Part shown: positions 23,359 through 36,848 of the stretch, in pieces
Layout: each line of letters opens with the position of its first letter
Numbering within the stretch: the stretch's first letter is position 1
NCBI GenBank assembly: GCA_008632985.1
Contig: QPGO01000039.1
Coordinates: 124,001-188,000, forward strand
Direction: 5' to 3'
DNA from: Psammoneis japonica
Lineage: Eukaryota
DNA length: 64,000 nt
Program-made: the position numbers and the translations under genes
Notes under the pieces: model-generated
Seen by the model: only the letters and a program-made list of their open reading frames with translations
What the model was told of the DNA's origin: nothing
Databases searched by the model: none

Positions 23359-24711
23359 ATGACCGAGGAGGAATCGAAAACACTGTGTGCTTTGGATAAG
23401 AATGTTGAAGAGCACGAACAGGAAACTGCAAACGACATGGAGGCAAATAATGAGGACGAGAAAAGCAACAACGACGACGATTCCTCGGTGCTTATTTTGA
23501 TCGACAGTGCCGACCCAGATGAACAAGATGAACAAGATAATAGTGAGAATGATGACTCGACAACAACAACAACGATTCACTACACGACACCCACAGGTCG
23601 AATGCCTCGTCAATGGCTCATGGATCGGTGTGACGGTACATCGAAATACAATCCAGAACGCCGTCCACCGTGCTTTCTTTGTAATGTTCCATTTGTTGTC
23701 AAGTGGTTTCCCGATTATTTGGAACAAAATTGTTGTTGCGAAGGCATTGGTAAAGTGGGTTGCATCGAACCGGAAAACACACAAGCACGGACGGGTTTGT
23801 TTGCGACTGCCTTTGGCATGAATGTGATTGGTTTGTTGTGCTTGATTGTGGCGGCCTTTGCCATGGCAAATGACAAATACAATATTTTATGGAACATTTC
23901 CTTTACCAATGTGTGGTTGGAATTTATAAAGGGTCCACAAGAGTACCTCGAGTCGGGTACCTTTTACGAACTCGGCCTCCGTGCGGCGGCATTCAATAGT
24001 AAACTCAACAAGAATGGATCCGACACGGGTATCTTGTCATTTGAGGACTTTTGTGACGTGTTTGCGGCGCTTCCGGGATCGGCGCGGTACAGTCCCAGCA
24101 TGAGCGTCTTTGGAGCGTCCTATCAACAAGAATATGATTGCGATGCTTGTCAACAAATTAGCAAAAAAATCGTCCCGTCGCTCTTTTTGTCCATGCTTTC
24201 GTACATTCCCAATTTTACCACGGATATTCTTCGAATGTACTCCAATTACGATGTCAATTGTCAAAAATTCTTTGGAAGTGTCTTTTCTTGGATTTCGCTG
24301 GCCACGTCCATTTACACGTGGGTCAATTACCGCAAGGGATGCTTTGATTCACTCAACACGGATCCCTTTGGACTGGATGAGAATTTTCAAAAGGTAAATG
24401 ATCTGGATAGTCAAGATGTGTTTGTGGTGGTTCGGTTTCAGTGGAAGGGAGGGATTGGGCAAATTTGTTTGGCGGTGGCAACCTTTCTCAAGGTGGTGGA
24501 TATCGCCATTAATTGTATTCTCCCGACTCCGACAATTACACGTGACCACATGGAACAGGTAGAATACGAATGGAAATATGGAAACAAAGAGGGTGTCGAG
24601 TCAGCGGAACAAGATGAGAATGATGAGGTTCCGACAGTTGGCGGTGCAGCGGAAGAGTCATTACTTCAGTCTATGGAGGATTCGCACGCGAGTCAGGACG
24701 AGAAAACATGA
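23359..24711 (+). CDS. Hypothetical four-TM membrane protein (claudin-like topology) with acidic termini
   Basis: Intact ORF with four hydrophobic segments, a GLRA...CD..CDAC extracellular loop and D.NCQK and W..G.G..C motifs. Confidence 0.7.
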   Translation: MTEEESKTLCALDKNVEEHEQETANDMEANNEDEKSNNDDDSSVLILIDSADPDEQDEQDNSENDDSTTTTTIHYTTPTGRMPRQWLMDRCDGTSKYNPERRPPCFLCNVPFVVKWFPDYLEQNCCCEGIGKVGCIEPENTQARTGLFATAFGMNVIGLLCLIVAAFAMANDKYNILWNISFTNVWLEFIKGPQEYLESGTFYELGLRAAAFNSKLNKNGSDTGILSFEDFCDVFAALPGSARYSPSMSVFGASYQQEYDCDACQQISKKIVPSLFLSMLSYIPNFTTDILRMYSNYDVNCQKFFGSVFSWISLATSIYTWVNYRKGCFDSLNTDPFGLDENFQKVNDLDSQDVFVVVRFQWKGGIGQICLAVATFLKVVDIAINCILPTPTITRDHMEQVEYEWKYGNKEGVESAEQDENDEVPTVGGAAEESLLQSMEDSHASQDEKT

Positions 24712-24933
24712 TGAATTGTATGCCAGCAGAAACCAGATGAAGTAGGGAAGCGACAAAGATCAAAACAACTTGTTGTCCTGTGAAAGGATCGGAACAGAGA
24801 AGACCAGTGACGACCAAAAATTGTACATTATAAAAAGAAAACTACGGCAAAAGAAGCTCGGAATATTCGGAACCGCAAGTACCTATCCGCATTCACCTGC
24901 AAAGTACGACCATATATGCATCAAAATCGAAAC

Positions 24934-27481
24934 CTACTCCTCGGTTTTTTGATCCAAGCTCTTCAGATACTCCAGTACCTGACCAGCTTTGTGCCTTTCG
25001 GCCTCATCCAGAACCGAGTTGCCCCAACGATCACGGACGGACAAGTCGGCTCCAAACTCGACAAGCACCTTGAGAGCCGCCAGATTCCCTTCTGCCGAAG
25101 AAATATGAACCGCAGTACGCTTGTCATAATCCGCCGCATTCACGGGAATCTTTGCTCGCAACAGCCCTCGGAGGGTAACAACATCGCCTTCAAACACAGC
25201 TTGGCACAGCGTGGAGGCTGCTAAACTTTCACTCATGCATAGCTCTGCATCGTGTTCGAGTAGCACTTCCATTGCATCATCGTTCCCATTCTTTACGGCC
25301 TCAAACAAAGCAGAAGACCCGTGCATGTCAACCAAGTTCGGGTTTGCGTGATGTTCCAACAACTTGGTGACGGTCTCAACGTTCCCACTCATGGCTGCAA
25401 CCATGAGAGCCGTGCGGCTATCATAGTCGGCACTATCCGGATCAAAGCCATTACTACACATGATGGATATCGTACCCGTGTCACCTCGTGACGCAGCAAA
25501 TAAGAACCGATTTGTCTGGTCATCTTTTTGCTTGTTCATGTGCATCTGTACCAGATCCTTAACAGCCGTAAGGGAAGCCTCGCTTTTGGCAGAAGCAACG
25601 GCTTGACTAACTTCGGCTTCACGAGACATGCCAGTGGTGCTGTCATCGTAATACATGGATCCAGCGCGAAGTAAATCGATTCTCTGGGGTAGGGCTGAGT
25701 ATTCCGACGATTTAATGTCTTGGGCAATCTTCTCCACCTTGGATAACAGATTTCGCAAAATCTTGCCGACACTTCCTGGATGATCGTCTGCGATAACCTT
25801 GTAAGCGGACCGAGACATGGTGAGTGTCTTACAAACCTCAACAGTCCGTACCGTCTCGATCTGCGGTGACTCTGTGAAAAATTCAATTTCATTGACAAAA
25901 TGTCCTGCCGCAAGGCGCTTGGACGGCCCACCTTGAGTCGAAATGTCGCTACCTACAACACTTCCAAGACACGACGTATCATCATCCACTACCGTGGAAC
26001 CCTGTTCTATGGACCGCAACGAAACGGTTCCACTGACAAGCAAGTATAAATGTGCCGAAACCGATCCGCGTTGCAAGATCTCTTCGCCCGGACTGAAAAT
26101 CTCCACATTGCAAGCCGCCAAAAAAGCATCCACAAACTGCTGTCGAATACCAGCCATGAGACTGGTTTGCATGAGGGACGGAAGATAGATTCTGCGGAGA
26201 ACCCTGCGTCTCACGGAACTAGGAAAGTGCGATAGGACCTGCTCGTCGGCAACCTCACGGTTGTTAAAATCCAACTGCAGCTGTGTCTTGAGGCGTTTCT
26301 GGAAAGATTCGTCAAAATTATGAATGGACGAGTACTGATCAAGCGTCTCCAGTGTCTCGCGATAGACGCCAGTCTTCTCGTCGTTCTTGACCACCAACAA
26401 GGTGATGGAGCCAATCACCCAAGCCTGCAGAATAATATTGAGTAACATGTAGATCATCGCAAAGATCTGTTCTGCTGAATTGACTGGGCTCCAATCTCCA
26501 TAGCCAACCTAGAATAGAACATATGGGAAAAGAGAGGAGTGCTACTGTGAGCTTCAGCAAGCACAACGAGATCAAGAAGGCCATCAGTTTACTCACCGTT
26601 GTAAAGGTAACGACAGACCAGTACAGAGAGGTAATGTAACGTTCAAATCCATTCAAGTCCGCAACGCTGCCTCCAATCCAAGTGTCATCCTCTCGAAAGT
26701 TGGATTGACGGGCGATAAAGAAAAAGACACACGCGGCAATATGGGCCCATACAAGAGCAAATGAAAAGTTTCGCACCAACGTCAAGGAAGTAAGGCCAAC
26801 CTTTGGGTTGTACTGGAGTCTCGAAAAGAGCAACACCACACGATGCAGTCGAACCATTTTTGTCAACCTCAGCAGAGCAAGATACTGTGCCAATTGCGAG
26901 TTCTGTCCCATTTCACCTGCAATCGCCAATGCAATCGCATAAAACGGAAAGACGCCCATTAGGTCCACCCAAAACATCCTTTTCAAATAGTGCTTTGCAA
27001 TGAGCCTACGGTCATATGTAATGTGGTCCCGCTCATTGTAAAAGGCCAAATTGAAATTGACAATGATATCCACACAAAACACACTCAACAGCGTATACTC
27101 AATGATGGAGGAGGCATCATTGTGCGGTTCCATTCCAGCTGTTCCGAATCCAATCTCGTACGTTTCAAAGAAAATGGTAAAGATGGAACAAAACACTGTG
27201 AACCCCCACCAAATATTGTAAGACTTCATCCATGGGAAGATGATTCCCTTTACGTTTTCTTTCTTGACTCGCTCTCGCTCTGACGCTGCGCGAATGCCCG
27301 AAACAAATCGAGAGCTCTTGTGCGCCTTTTTCTTCAACGAAGAAGGCTTGGTGGTGGATGTTGATTCATCTTCATCGGTAGTACCGACAACCACATTGTC
27401 TGCAAACGAAACTTTTGATGTCATGGTCAAAGTCGCTTCTTCCGCAGGATCCTTAGTAGTAGTATTCCCTTTGGACGCCAT
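24934..27481 (-). CDS. Shaker-like (AKT/KAT-type) K+ channel with cyclic-nucleotide-binding domain and ankyrin repeats; exons 27481-26597, 26508-24934
   Basis: S4 LLRLTKMVRLHRV. Pore YITSLYWSVVTFTT|VGYGD is restored by an 88-nt GT-AG intron. CNBD (PGEEIL...LYLLVSG) and ankyrin repeats (DYDSRTALM, DYDKRTAVH). Confidence 0.92.
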
Positions 27482-27797
27482 TGTTCTCTCTTTCTGGGTA
27501 TGAAAAAGTGTCTGACAAAACGGGATGTTGATGTTCAAAGTGCTGAATCCGTGGAGGGAAGTTTTGAGCATGATCGCGCGAAGAGGTGCGCGAGAAAGCG
27601 CGGGAAAAGCGAAAAAAATTCAAATTTTGCACACACGCATCGTGGTCAAAGCGCGACTCAATCAAACGCATCTCACTTCGCGTCAACTGACAGCTCAAAG
27701 AACATCACTTTCTATCTTTTGACAAGACCGAAAGCCGTTGTTGATGGCTCACACAGAACTCACTGTCTCATCCTTTTTTTTGAAATAATCGAGCATC

Positions 27798-28589
27798 ATG
27801 GCCCTCAACGTATTCCGCATCTGTGGTGACATGTTGAACGTCCTTGTCTTTGTTGCACTCATGGCACGTTTCATGACGTCAAGGAATGCCCAAGCAATAT
27901 CGCTGCGTTCACTCGAGATGCTAGTGATGGTTTGCGTTTCGAGATATCTTGACCTCTTTACAACCTTTTACAATCTGTACAATTCTTGCATGAAGGTGTT
28001 TTACGTGATCGTTTCAGCGACTGCCGCTCTCAAGATTCGTTTCCACGAATCCCTCAGAACGACGTACGACGCGTCACTGGACTCGTACCCACACTGGAGA
28101 ATCGTGATTGGATCCTTTGCTTTGGCTGTGATGGTGCATCTCATGGGAAGTGGCATCCGCGGATTTTATTTGATGGAGTTATTGTGGACATTTTCGATAT
28201 GCCTCGAGGCTTTCCTGCTTGTCCCTCAGCTTTACTTGTTGCGAAACTATGATCACGTGGAATGCTTGACCGGGACTTACATTTTTTGCAAAGGTGTTTA
28301 CAGAATGTTTTATATTTTGAACTGGGTCTACAGAGCTCATACCGAGCGTTACTACCGACATCACTATCTTGTCTACGCTTTTGGGGTTATTCAATCCCTG
28401 ATTGGAGGATACGCGGTTTTCGAACTTCGTGACAAGGGTTGGAGTCCTTCGGAATTGTTTACCATTACAACTTATACTCAGCCGCGCTTGAGCCGCCTCA
28501 AGCAGTCTGTCGATGCCGAAAATAATGAAATCGAGGTCAATTCTTCTGGAACACCAACCGCTCTTCAGGAACCTTTGCTAGTAGTGTAA
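27798..28589 (+). CDS. ERD2: ER lumen protein-retaining receptor (ERD2/KDEL-receptor-like)
   Basis: NVFRICGD, AISLRS, RYLDLF, LWTFSICLEA...PQL and YRMFYILNWVYR motifs. Confidence 0.88.
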   Translation: MALNVFRICGDMLNVLVFVALMARFMTSRNAQAISLRSLEMLVMVCVSRYLDLFTTFYNLYNSCMKVFYVIVSATAALKIRFHESLRTTYDASLDSYPHWRIVIGSFALAVMVHLMGSGIRGFYLMELLWTFSICLEAFLLVPQLYLLRNYDHVECLTGTYIFCKGVYRMFYILNWVYRAHTERYYRHHYLVYAFGVIQSLIGGYAVFELRDKGWSPSELFTITTYTQPRLSRLKQSVDAENNEIEVNSSGTPTALQEPLLVV

Positions 28590-29037
28590 CTTTGGTATTC
28601 TAGATTCCACAAAGAGGGTTTTTGCTTGAGCACGACACGAGCAAAATCAAACTTGTAGCAGATAATTGATCGTTTTCAAAACTTTCAAAGCGAGACTGAA
28701 ATCGATTGCACTCTGCAGAAACCTATGTTTCTCTTCTGATGGTCAGCTATTCTTGCTGGGAACAAGGTCTGTCGAATGATAATCACCAGATACGCTGACA
28801 AGAGTATGATCAGCAATGCGATCGCTCATCAAATCACGGCACTAACAAAGAAAGCTATCTTATTGAGGTATTATGGTCCTACGAGGGGTGAAAGAATGAA
28901 TGGGACTGAAATGTCCCCCCCCCATCGTAGCTCTAGAGAGTTGCACTTTGCACGAAGCACTAACCGCACGAGATAAAACGACACGGCTTTCCGGAAATCT
29001 GGTGGTCAGCGTCTTGGGACGAAGACTTATCAACAGA

Positions 29038-30240
29038 TCACTGAGGCTCATAATACCCTTCCAAGTATTCTTGTATGAAATCATTCAGTTGCTTCTTCTG
29101 CCACTCTGTCCATGAAACCAGTTGCCACGATCGATGCACCTCGTGGTGTGTCCGTTCCTCCACTGTATCCATCAGCTTTGGAGGGCAATCAATCCCCGTA
29201 AACTCACACAACTTTGACATTTCCTCCCGCGTGTTGGAAGCGAAGCTTTCCATTGTCAACATGTGCCATTGGTGGGGCTGAGCCAGGTTCTCTTTGGCCC
29301 ATAGGACCTGGCGAACATGAGCAAGCATTTCTGCCACGTTGCCATCATGCACGGCAACAACATCATCCGAAGAGTTGTAAGCCCGCCGTGCGACCGCCGT
29401 GGCAATCATATCATATGGGTTTCGAAGCACAATAATAAAACGCGGTTCCACTGCCACATAGTTGAGAAAAGAATCCATAAAGGACTTTTGAGCCTCTGCA
29501 TTACTTGTATTCAACCACGGGTCGTTCCCAATGTTTAACATCCTTTTTGTGGATGCGCCTCCTTTCTTGTCTCCAATGACTTGTAATACCTCTCCATCTG
29601 CCACCCTGCCCTGCCATAGTCCCGGTATCGAATAGTTGTAGATCTGCACGCGCCCGTATTTGCCACAAAGGAATGAGTTCTCCGCCAGAGTTGTAAACAG
29701 ATCATTTCTTCTGCGATATGCAGGGTGCTCGAATCTGATCAGAGCATTCGCCTCATTCGCAATCATTGCATTCGGAGAGGCGTCGAGGCACGACCCAATC
29801 CACGAGTGTCCAGATCTGGGGAAGCCAAAGAACATGACATATCGTTTCACGGACGCAAAGTCTAACACATTCTGAATATAATCGTTCATTTCGATGTCGT
29901 CCTGCTCCGTCTTTGGACTGAAACGGGAGCAGGTCCCGAGACTTTGAGGCAGAGCCTTCTTAATTTGTGATATTGGCGTCTTTGCTGACGGCAATAATGA
30001 GCCAAACCATGTTTTCTGTCCCTTGTTTGGTTTGGAAACGACGGTTGTGCCTTGTTTTGGTGTCACGGCTCCGTTGATCAACGCAGTAAAAAGAAATACC
30101 ACAACAAACAGCAGGCAAACTGTAAGCTGGTTGATTCTTCCTTGTTCTCTAATCTGGACATTGATGATGCCTCCCTGCCTCTGCTGTTGGAGCCCCTCGC
30201 ACTCGTCGTGAGAACCGCTCCAACCAGCTTGATGCCTCAT
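29038..30240 (-). CDS. Type II membrane sulfotransferase-like protein
   Basis: TM anchor, FFGFPRSGHSWIGSCLDA (5'-PSB-like), VIGDKKGG and VLRNPYDMIAT (3'-PB-like). Confidence 0.8.
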   Translation of the reverse strand: MRHQAGWSGSHDECEGLQQQRQGGIINVQIREQGRINQLTVCLLFVVVFLFTALINGAVTPKQGTTVVSKPNKGQKTWFGSLLPSAKTPISQIKKALPQSLGTCSRFSPKTEQDDIEMNDYIQNVLDFASVKRYVMFFGFPRSGHSWIGSCLDASPNAMIANEANALIRFEHPAYRRRNDLFTTLAENSFLCGKYGRVQIYNYSIPGLWQGRVADGEVLQVIGDKKGGASTKRMLNIGNDPWLNTSNAEAQKSFMDSFLNYVAVEPRFIIVLRNPYDMIATAVARRAYNSSDDVVAVHDGNVAEMLAHVRQVLWAKENLAQPHQWHMLTMESFASNTREEMSKLCEFTGIDCPPKLMDTVEERTHHEVHRSWQLVSWTEWQKKQLNDFIQEYLEGYYEPQ

Positions 30241-30599
30241 TTTCGCTCGGGAGGAAATGAACGTCTGGAACCACTGCAGATGCAAGTGCAAAACCAAGAC
30301 GAACCCGTGTGTCCTTTTCAAATTTTGAATAGGCTGAGAAAAAACACAAGGAACGGAGAACTGTTTAATGTCTCGCCAATGAGTTCAATTTTCAATTGCC
30401 GCTGGTAAGTTTAGATTAAAAGGGCTGAACCGTCGCGCAGCTAGAGCTGGCGAACTTGACAGAGAGAGTCTTTGTAGGTACTGATAAACTGGCAATGCAT
30501 GCAAAAGCACACTCAGGAAAGGAGAGTCAAACAAAAAAAAAAAGTGAGATCACAAAGGCAGTATGATGCGTGTGTGCAGACGGCGTTGAACGGATCAGT

Positions 30600-33500
30600 T
30601 TTCCAGGAAAATATCTTCATGACTTGTTTATGTTCATTTACAGCTCAACGGATGCTTGTTGAATGAAACGTATGAAGATCTTAATACTCTAATTTTTAAA
30701 ATTTTCTTAGACACGTAACCGACAAGTTGCGGGTCGGCGCGGGTGTTGGTCTTCGACACATCATGCATGCAGCCCCGTCTGACCAACAAAGCTCCATGGC
30801 TGAAACTGGATGTGATTGAATCAAACTCATTCTACCAGCTCCATTTCACCACAATTTTGAAGGTTCCAGCCAGCCCCTTCTCTGTGCTGTACTGCCGTGG
30901 CTGGCCCTGGCACCCAGAGCCAACTCTCTTGCACCCCCATGTGTGCCAGCAGCTGGCGCTTCTTTTTTCCGAAACGCCAGTGCTGAGTGTGGTGGTTGCA
31001 CAACATTTGAGACCCCGCCAATCAAAAATTCATTTTCACAAACAAAAACTCTTGGATTTCATTGAGCAGGAGGCTGCTGCACACCCCGCTTTCATCGTCG
31101 CTCATCTGACGCACTCATGAAGCAAAGAGTGCCCGAGAGCAATGTTCAAGCTCAACATGCTGCAACTTGCATTTGTTCAATTTTCCATGCCATCCAGCTT
31201 TGAGTGAGATTTTTTAGGGCTGGATTATGGCAGAACATTTTTTGATCATGTGTGCCACCACACAAAGAGCGCACCACGTGCTTGTGTTTCCTTGTGCTCT
31301 GCGCGTGATTTTTTTGCAAAAACTTGTCTCGCACACACCTTGTTTTGCGTGTGAAGCCTGAGAGAACAACAAGTGGATCCTGTGTGTTGTCACAAATCTG
31401 CAAATCAACAACCGGCCATGGTGGTGAAAGACTTTGCCCCATTGGCCGATGACAGTGGCTCAGCGCATGGTGAAACCTGCTGTCCTTCTGGTCAGTCAAG
31501 ATGGATTTTGATTTGGGCGCAGCTTGAGTTTCATGATCGCGAGTGTGCTGTCACGAATCTGCCACATCCAGAACACTGAGCTGCTGGCATGTTGTTTTGT
31601 GCACGCACATCACAAACTTGCTTTTCTGCAGCGTTGTTGGTGCAATCGTGCATGTCAGAGTTTTGCACCCAGAATCATCACACGTTGCCACAAATGACAC
31701 TCTCTTCAAACAAGGCATGTGCAGAAAGAGGTTCATTGGTTTTTAATGCGTTCGCTGACAATGCATCTGTCTTTTCCAATTTCTGCATCAACATCCAGAA
31801 ACGCTGCAGATTGTGCTTGTTCCTGCAGCTCTCAGAATCACACGCATGAAAAGTTCTTTGCCATGCATGATGACACTCTTCAAAAAAGGTGTGCACAAAA
31901 AGAGCTTCATTTGTTTTTTGTGTGTTCACTTGCGTTGCATCCATCTTCTCCAATTTCTGCTTCCAGACCCAGAAAAACTGCAGAGGTGGAGAGTGGGGAG
32001 GCAACCCATTGGAGGTTGCCTGAGTTGTCAGGCTCATTTTAAAGGCTTCCCAAGTCTCTCCTCTGTTTCTGGTCCATGCTCCAAACATTTCATCGGCTGA
32101 ACCATCTGCAGCACAGGAGGTGTGAGGCAAACTTGGTCATTGCCACACAATGTCTTACACTGCACACCGGCATCCATGTTGCTCCAGAATCAGCAGTGCT
32201 GGATGCACTGATGCACCGGCAAGTGTGTGTTGCGGTTCATGTCAGCTCATCCACCTTGTGCTCTCACAATGTGCTCCACACTTTTTGGCAATGAATGAGG
32301 TTGATGTCAGAGCAATGGCACTTCTGCTGCAAACTCGCCCACTCCAGAATCAGCGGCGTTGGATGCACTGGCAAGTCCATGTTGCCGTTCCTGTGGGCTG
32401 TGTTGGATCATCTGTGTTGCACTCTCACAACGTGCTCCACTCTTTTTGGCAACAAATGAGGTGGGACAGAGCAACGGCAATTCAAACAATGGAACAGCAG
32501 CTCCTGCCACAAACTTGCCTGCTCCAGAATCAGCAGCACCGGATTCACTGGTGAGCCCATGTTGCGGTTCCTGTTGGCAGTGTTGGCTCATCATCTGCGT
32601 GGTGCTCTCACAACATGTTCTGCACTTTTTTGGCAATGAACAAAGTGGCTGCCAGCAGTGGCACTTCAAGAAAGTGAGCTGCAACTGCTGCTGCAAACTC
32701 CAGCATGTTGTCTCTGTCAGCGTCGCTCAATTTAAATGTAAACAACAAAATGGAATGTTCATGGTGCAGTGCAAATGATTTTAATTTACAAGTTTTGTGG
32801 GGACAGAGGGCGGGCACTCTCACAGGGAAAACATGTCCCTGTTTCACAGTGAAACAGGGGGTCCCACAGCACAAAAATGTTTGTCTGTCACAGTTGACAT
32901 GTGATTGCCAGCTGCACCAACTGTCAAGGTTTGAAACAACAGAATTTTGTGCCTAGATTAAAAACATTGCTGTGAGAAAGGGTGCTCTGTGTCACTGTGA
33001 TTCGTGCTCAGATGAGGCTGCAACAGTCACAAATGATGGGTGGCTCCAGCCATTGCAGAGAGGCAGTGGCAGGGTTGCATCTTTTGTGAAACAAGATCTT
33101 GCAATGGCCATGGCATTCTCCAACATTTGTGAAGGGGCAGCTGCGGATGTGGGTGCAAGACAAACTGCAAATTTTGTCCTTTGAAGAGACTCTGCTTTTC
33201 TTCAACTAATGCAGAGAGGGGGGGGGGTTGTCAATCTGACAGTGCTTGCAAGTGGCTCCTGCAATGAGGGACTTGTGTTAGATGCCAATTGTGAGAAAAA
33301 ATGATTGAGATTTTTTCCTTCTGATGCGATGCTGTGTGTGATGAGGTTTTGCTGGCTGATCGATCTTACATCATCGCCGATTTTGGGCACTCGGCACACG
33401 AAACAGCACTGATCATGGACAGTCCCCAGTCCCCAGTGGCCATGGATGGCGTAAAGTGGAAAGTGACTTTTTTGTGACCTTTGCAAGTGAAGGCTTCCAC

Positions 33501-33700
33501 ACAAGGTCCATCATCAGCGCAGTCAGTTACAAACTTTCTCCAGTTCTTCCTTCGCCACAAGCTCAGCAGCCGCATGAAAGGACCACGTGCCCCACTTCTT
33601 GAGCAGCACCACATCATTTCCCCCCCAAAAGCTCAGGGAGGTTCATAGGCTGCATTGAATGTGTTGGAATTTTCGTGTACAGGTGCATGACGAACATGCC
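30600..33700. mobile_element. Degenerate repeat domain with internal tandem duplications
   Basis: TpA/CpG-poor core 30750-33650. Two ~175-bp copies (about 31690 and 31870) and three ~160-180-bp copies starting ctccagaatcagc at about 32182, 32342 and 32522. Confidence 0.55.
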
Positions 33701-33796
33701 ATTCATTTACCAAGAAGCATCTTTTCGTAGCACACTGTAGCACATTATGAAAATTACATTACTCAAGAAGCACAATTCACACAAAACATCAAATCA

Positions 33797-35052
33797 TTAT
33801 TCATCCGGAAAGCTTGGAACACGAGCAAAGACATTCACTTCCCCACAACTTGTTCGGATGACCCTTAACGTATCATCCAGATACAAAATATCTGCGTGCG
33901 CAACACCATGGCCTCCTACAGGACGATTCAAAGTGAAAGACATTTTGCCTAACCATCACAACAAAAGAGAGGGAACAATATGATGCAATGTCATTTGTAC
34001 AACGTTGTATACTGCTCAATCTTTACAGCACTACAGAGCATTGTTTCTTACCATCTGCTTCCATGGTTTTTGGCGGTGTTGCTCCAACCGCAAGTCGCGC
34101 TCCAAACAGTTTTGCCCTTTCCTGCATGGGTCGATGTTTTCCGTGATTGTCTCCAAACAAGACTTTCCAAATGTGCAAATCCACGCTATCGATAATCTCC
34201 AACGAACCACCGGTAAACCAAATGGAGACGCAACCTTGTTGGTTTGGATTTGGCAAGGCGTAGCCATAGGTTGTCATTAACGCTTGAATGGGACGGGGGA
34301 CGATCCGGTTGGGAGCATCGTGATCGACTAGCTTGGTGTCGGACGATTCAATCGTACATGCTGTCACAATACTAACGAGTGGCGAATGTTAAAAGCATGA
34401 ATCAGAGATATACATCGAAACCTGAGACGTACAACGAGTAAAACAAAATAACTTACTCGTATGTTCTGAGCACTGTCTTTCCTTGCTTCAGTTCTTCTTG
34501 AAGACTTTTTGGGACTCGTTCAATAGCTTGTCGGTCTTTTTGACTCACATAATGAATAGGGTTAAACGTCCCTTGAATGCTACAAACAAGCGACGTTGGA
34601 CTGAACATATCAAAACACATTCGGCCCAATGAATACATGTAATCATTGTCTTGATTTCGACCCAAACAATCCTTGTATTTTGGTTTCGACAGAGTCAACC
34701 ACATGCCACTCAGCAGCTTATTTTTCTTGTTATTGGCATCATAATGTGAATCATATAGCTTTGTCAACTGTTCCAATGCCTCATTAAATCGAGGTGTCTC
34801 TACGTCTCCTCCCGAAATGGCAAGCTCCCGAATCAGATCCGTCTTGGCTTGTTGAATTTTCTCCGGATCATTCAGGCCCGTCTTTGCAGAAGGTGGCTGC
34901 GTCAGGAAATCCAACACATAATCTGACTCGTCCGGATCTGAGGGGAGCTTGTTCTTTCCTGCCGCCAAGTGATAAGAATCCTTACGCCGTTGACGACGAA
35001 TGTGCTCTTCTTGTTCCGTCATGGTTATATGTGAAGCGAATGGTTCATTCAT
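33797..35052 (-). CDS. PAP/fibrillin-like domain protein; exons 35052-34457, 34371-34052, 33948-33797
   Basis: Two GT-AG introns splice in frame (LRTYD|IVTAC; EADG|KMSF). LSGMWLTLS, YSLGRMCFDMF and a C-terminal RPVGGHG..DILYLDDTLRV. The third exon is not in the ORF track. Confidence 0.75.
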
Positions 35053-35435
35053 ATATCAAGTTCAAGGTGCGAAGGAAGCACACGACGTGTGTGATGTCGG
35101 AGTTCGCAAGTGACGCATACATACTTCGTCAGTTTCTTTTTACTGTATCATGTTTGGGCGTCTGAGCTTCAATAAATTAGTTTTATTATTAATTTTCGAG
35201 TACTGTACAAGGTACAGTCACTCGGTACGACATCCTTGCTTCAAAGAGCCTTAATGTCCAGAATCGGGGGCTTAGATGAAAGACTTATTCTGGTCCTAGC
35301 TTCAAATAGCCTAATGACCGAGAATCAATCGGGGGCAAATGATATTTTTGCAAAATGTGCGGTTCTTGTCTTTCCTCGCATTGGCATTCGCCATTCAATT
35401 TGTGTGGTTTGTGCCGCAAAAGTGCAAATGAGAAC

Positions 35436-36848
35436 ATGATGAGAGCGTTACTCTTATTTGCCTCGGCTCTATTCCTATGTTCCTCTTGTGTTGCAAGGGA
35501 ACAACCAGAAGATGTTGAAGGTGAGTTTTTGTGAGTCGAGAGAGAATCGATGTTCAACTGCAAAAAGAGTCTCACGCATTGCCAATATTTGAACACGCAC
35601 TATACTCTGTGACCACAGGAAACAACACGTAATGACCTTCCAAGTATTCGATCAACCGCAGACGATGGAAGCTAGCAGGCGAATTGTCACACCCGGGTTG
35701 GAAACGATTTACAGCTTCTTATATTTCACGAAATGCAAACTGCTTGGCGGTCGCGGGGAGATTCAACGACAGTGGCAGGATCTTTGTCCGAAAGGTTGTG
35801 AATGGAAAAATTGCACAAGCCAAGAGCAAACCCATTTTACCAAAGACAATGATGGCAAGGGAGGAAAATGGGGCATTGACAATGGTGCAATCGCTTTATC
35901 GGCAAACTGTGACCATGTCGCTCTGGGAAGCACAAACACAATTAGTGGTACAAGAATTGGTGCTGTGCGTGTCTATAAATACAATACACGAATCCGAGAA
36001 TGGATACAACTCGGTAGTGATATTATGGGGTCTGAGGATTTTGAAGATTTTGCAGAGCGAATTTCAATGTCGGACAATGGATTGCGAATAGCCACGTGTG
36101 GCGAGGACTGGCGAAAAACAACCGGACGATGTCGTGTCTTTGAATGGTCCGGTCATCGGTGGAAGCAGATTGGGCAGACCATAAAAGGTGGAGTAGGAGG
36201 AAAGAAAAATATTGGAGACACGTTGCGATTGTCTGGTGACGGCCAAGTGTTTGCGGTCCAGGGCCAAGACGAGAACAATAATGGCTTTGTCTACATTTAT
36301 GAATTGAAGCGGTCCGGCCGCAAGTTACATTGGGAGCTTCGAGATGCAATCACAAGATTCGGAAAAGTCGGTCAATTTGGCTATTCATTGACATTATGCG
36401 AAAATGGAGATTATCTTGCTGTTGGGCCCCTGCTTTTGACGGTGGGGTTAAAGGACAGGAGGATGATTCAGGTCGAGTAAAGGTGTTCAAATGGATTGCG
36501 TCAACCAAGAGGTACAAGCAGCTTGGTCGGCCAATCACCGGTAGAAACGAGGACGCTTGTGGTGACTCGGTATCAATCTCGTCTAATGGCATGCGTCTAG
36601 CGGTAGGATGTGACCAGAGGGGATTTGAGGAGTACGCGAATGACTCATTCGGTCCCTCAACGCGAGGTTATGTGAACGTGTATGACTACAATTCACGTCG
36701 AAAGGAATGGGTACTGTTGGGAAGAAGTATCAGGGGCGCTGTCCAAGAGCATCTTGGAAAGAGAGAGCGCATCGCCCTTTCTGGAGATGGGCGACTCCTC
36801 TTCGTTTCATCAAATTCGAGAGCTCTCCTCTTTCAGGCACCAAACTAG
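35436..36848 (+). CDS. Secreted beta-propeller (FG-GAP-like repeat) protein, frameshifted
   Basis: Signal peptide MMRALLLFASALFLCSSCVA and an intron from 35521. Repeats G.VRVY...W.QLG.DI.G.....FG..ISMS.NG..LAVG. Frameshift near 36425 (AVG-APAF); 5' splicing unresolved. Confidence 0.65.
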
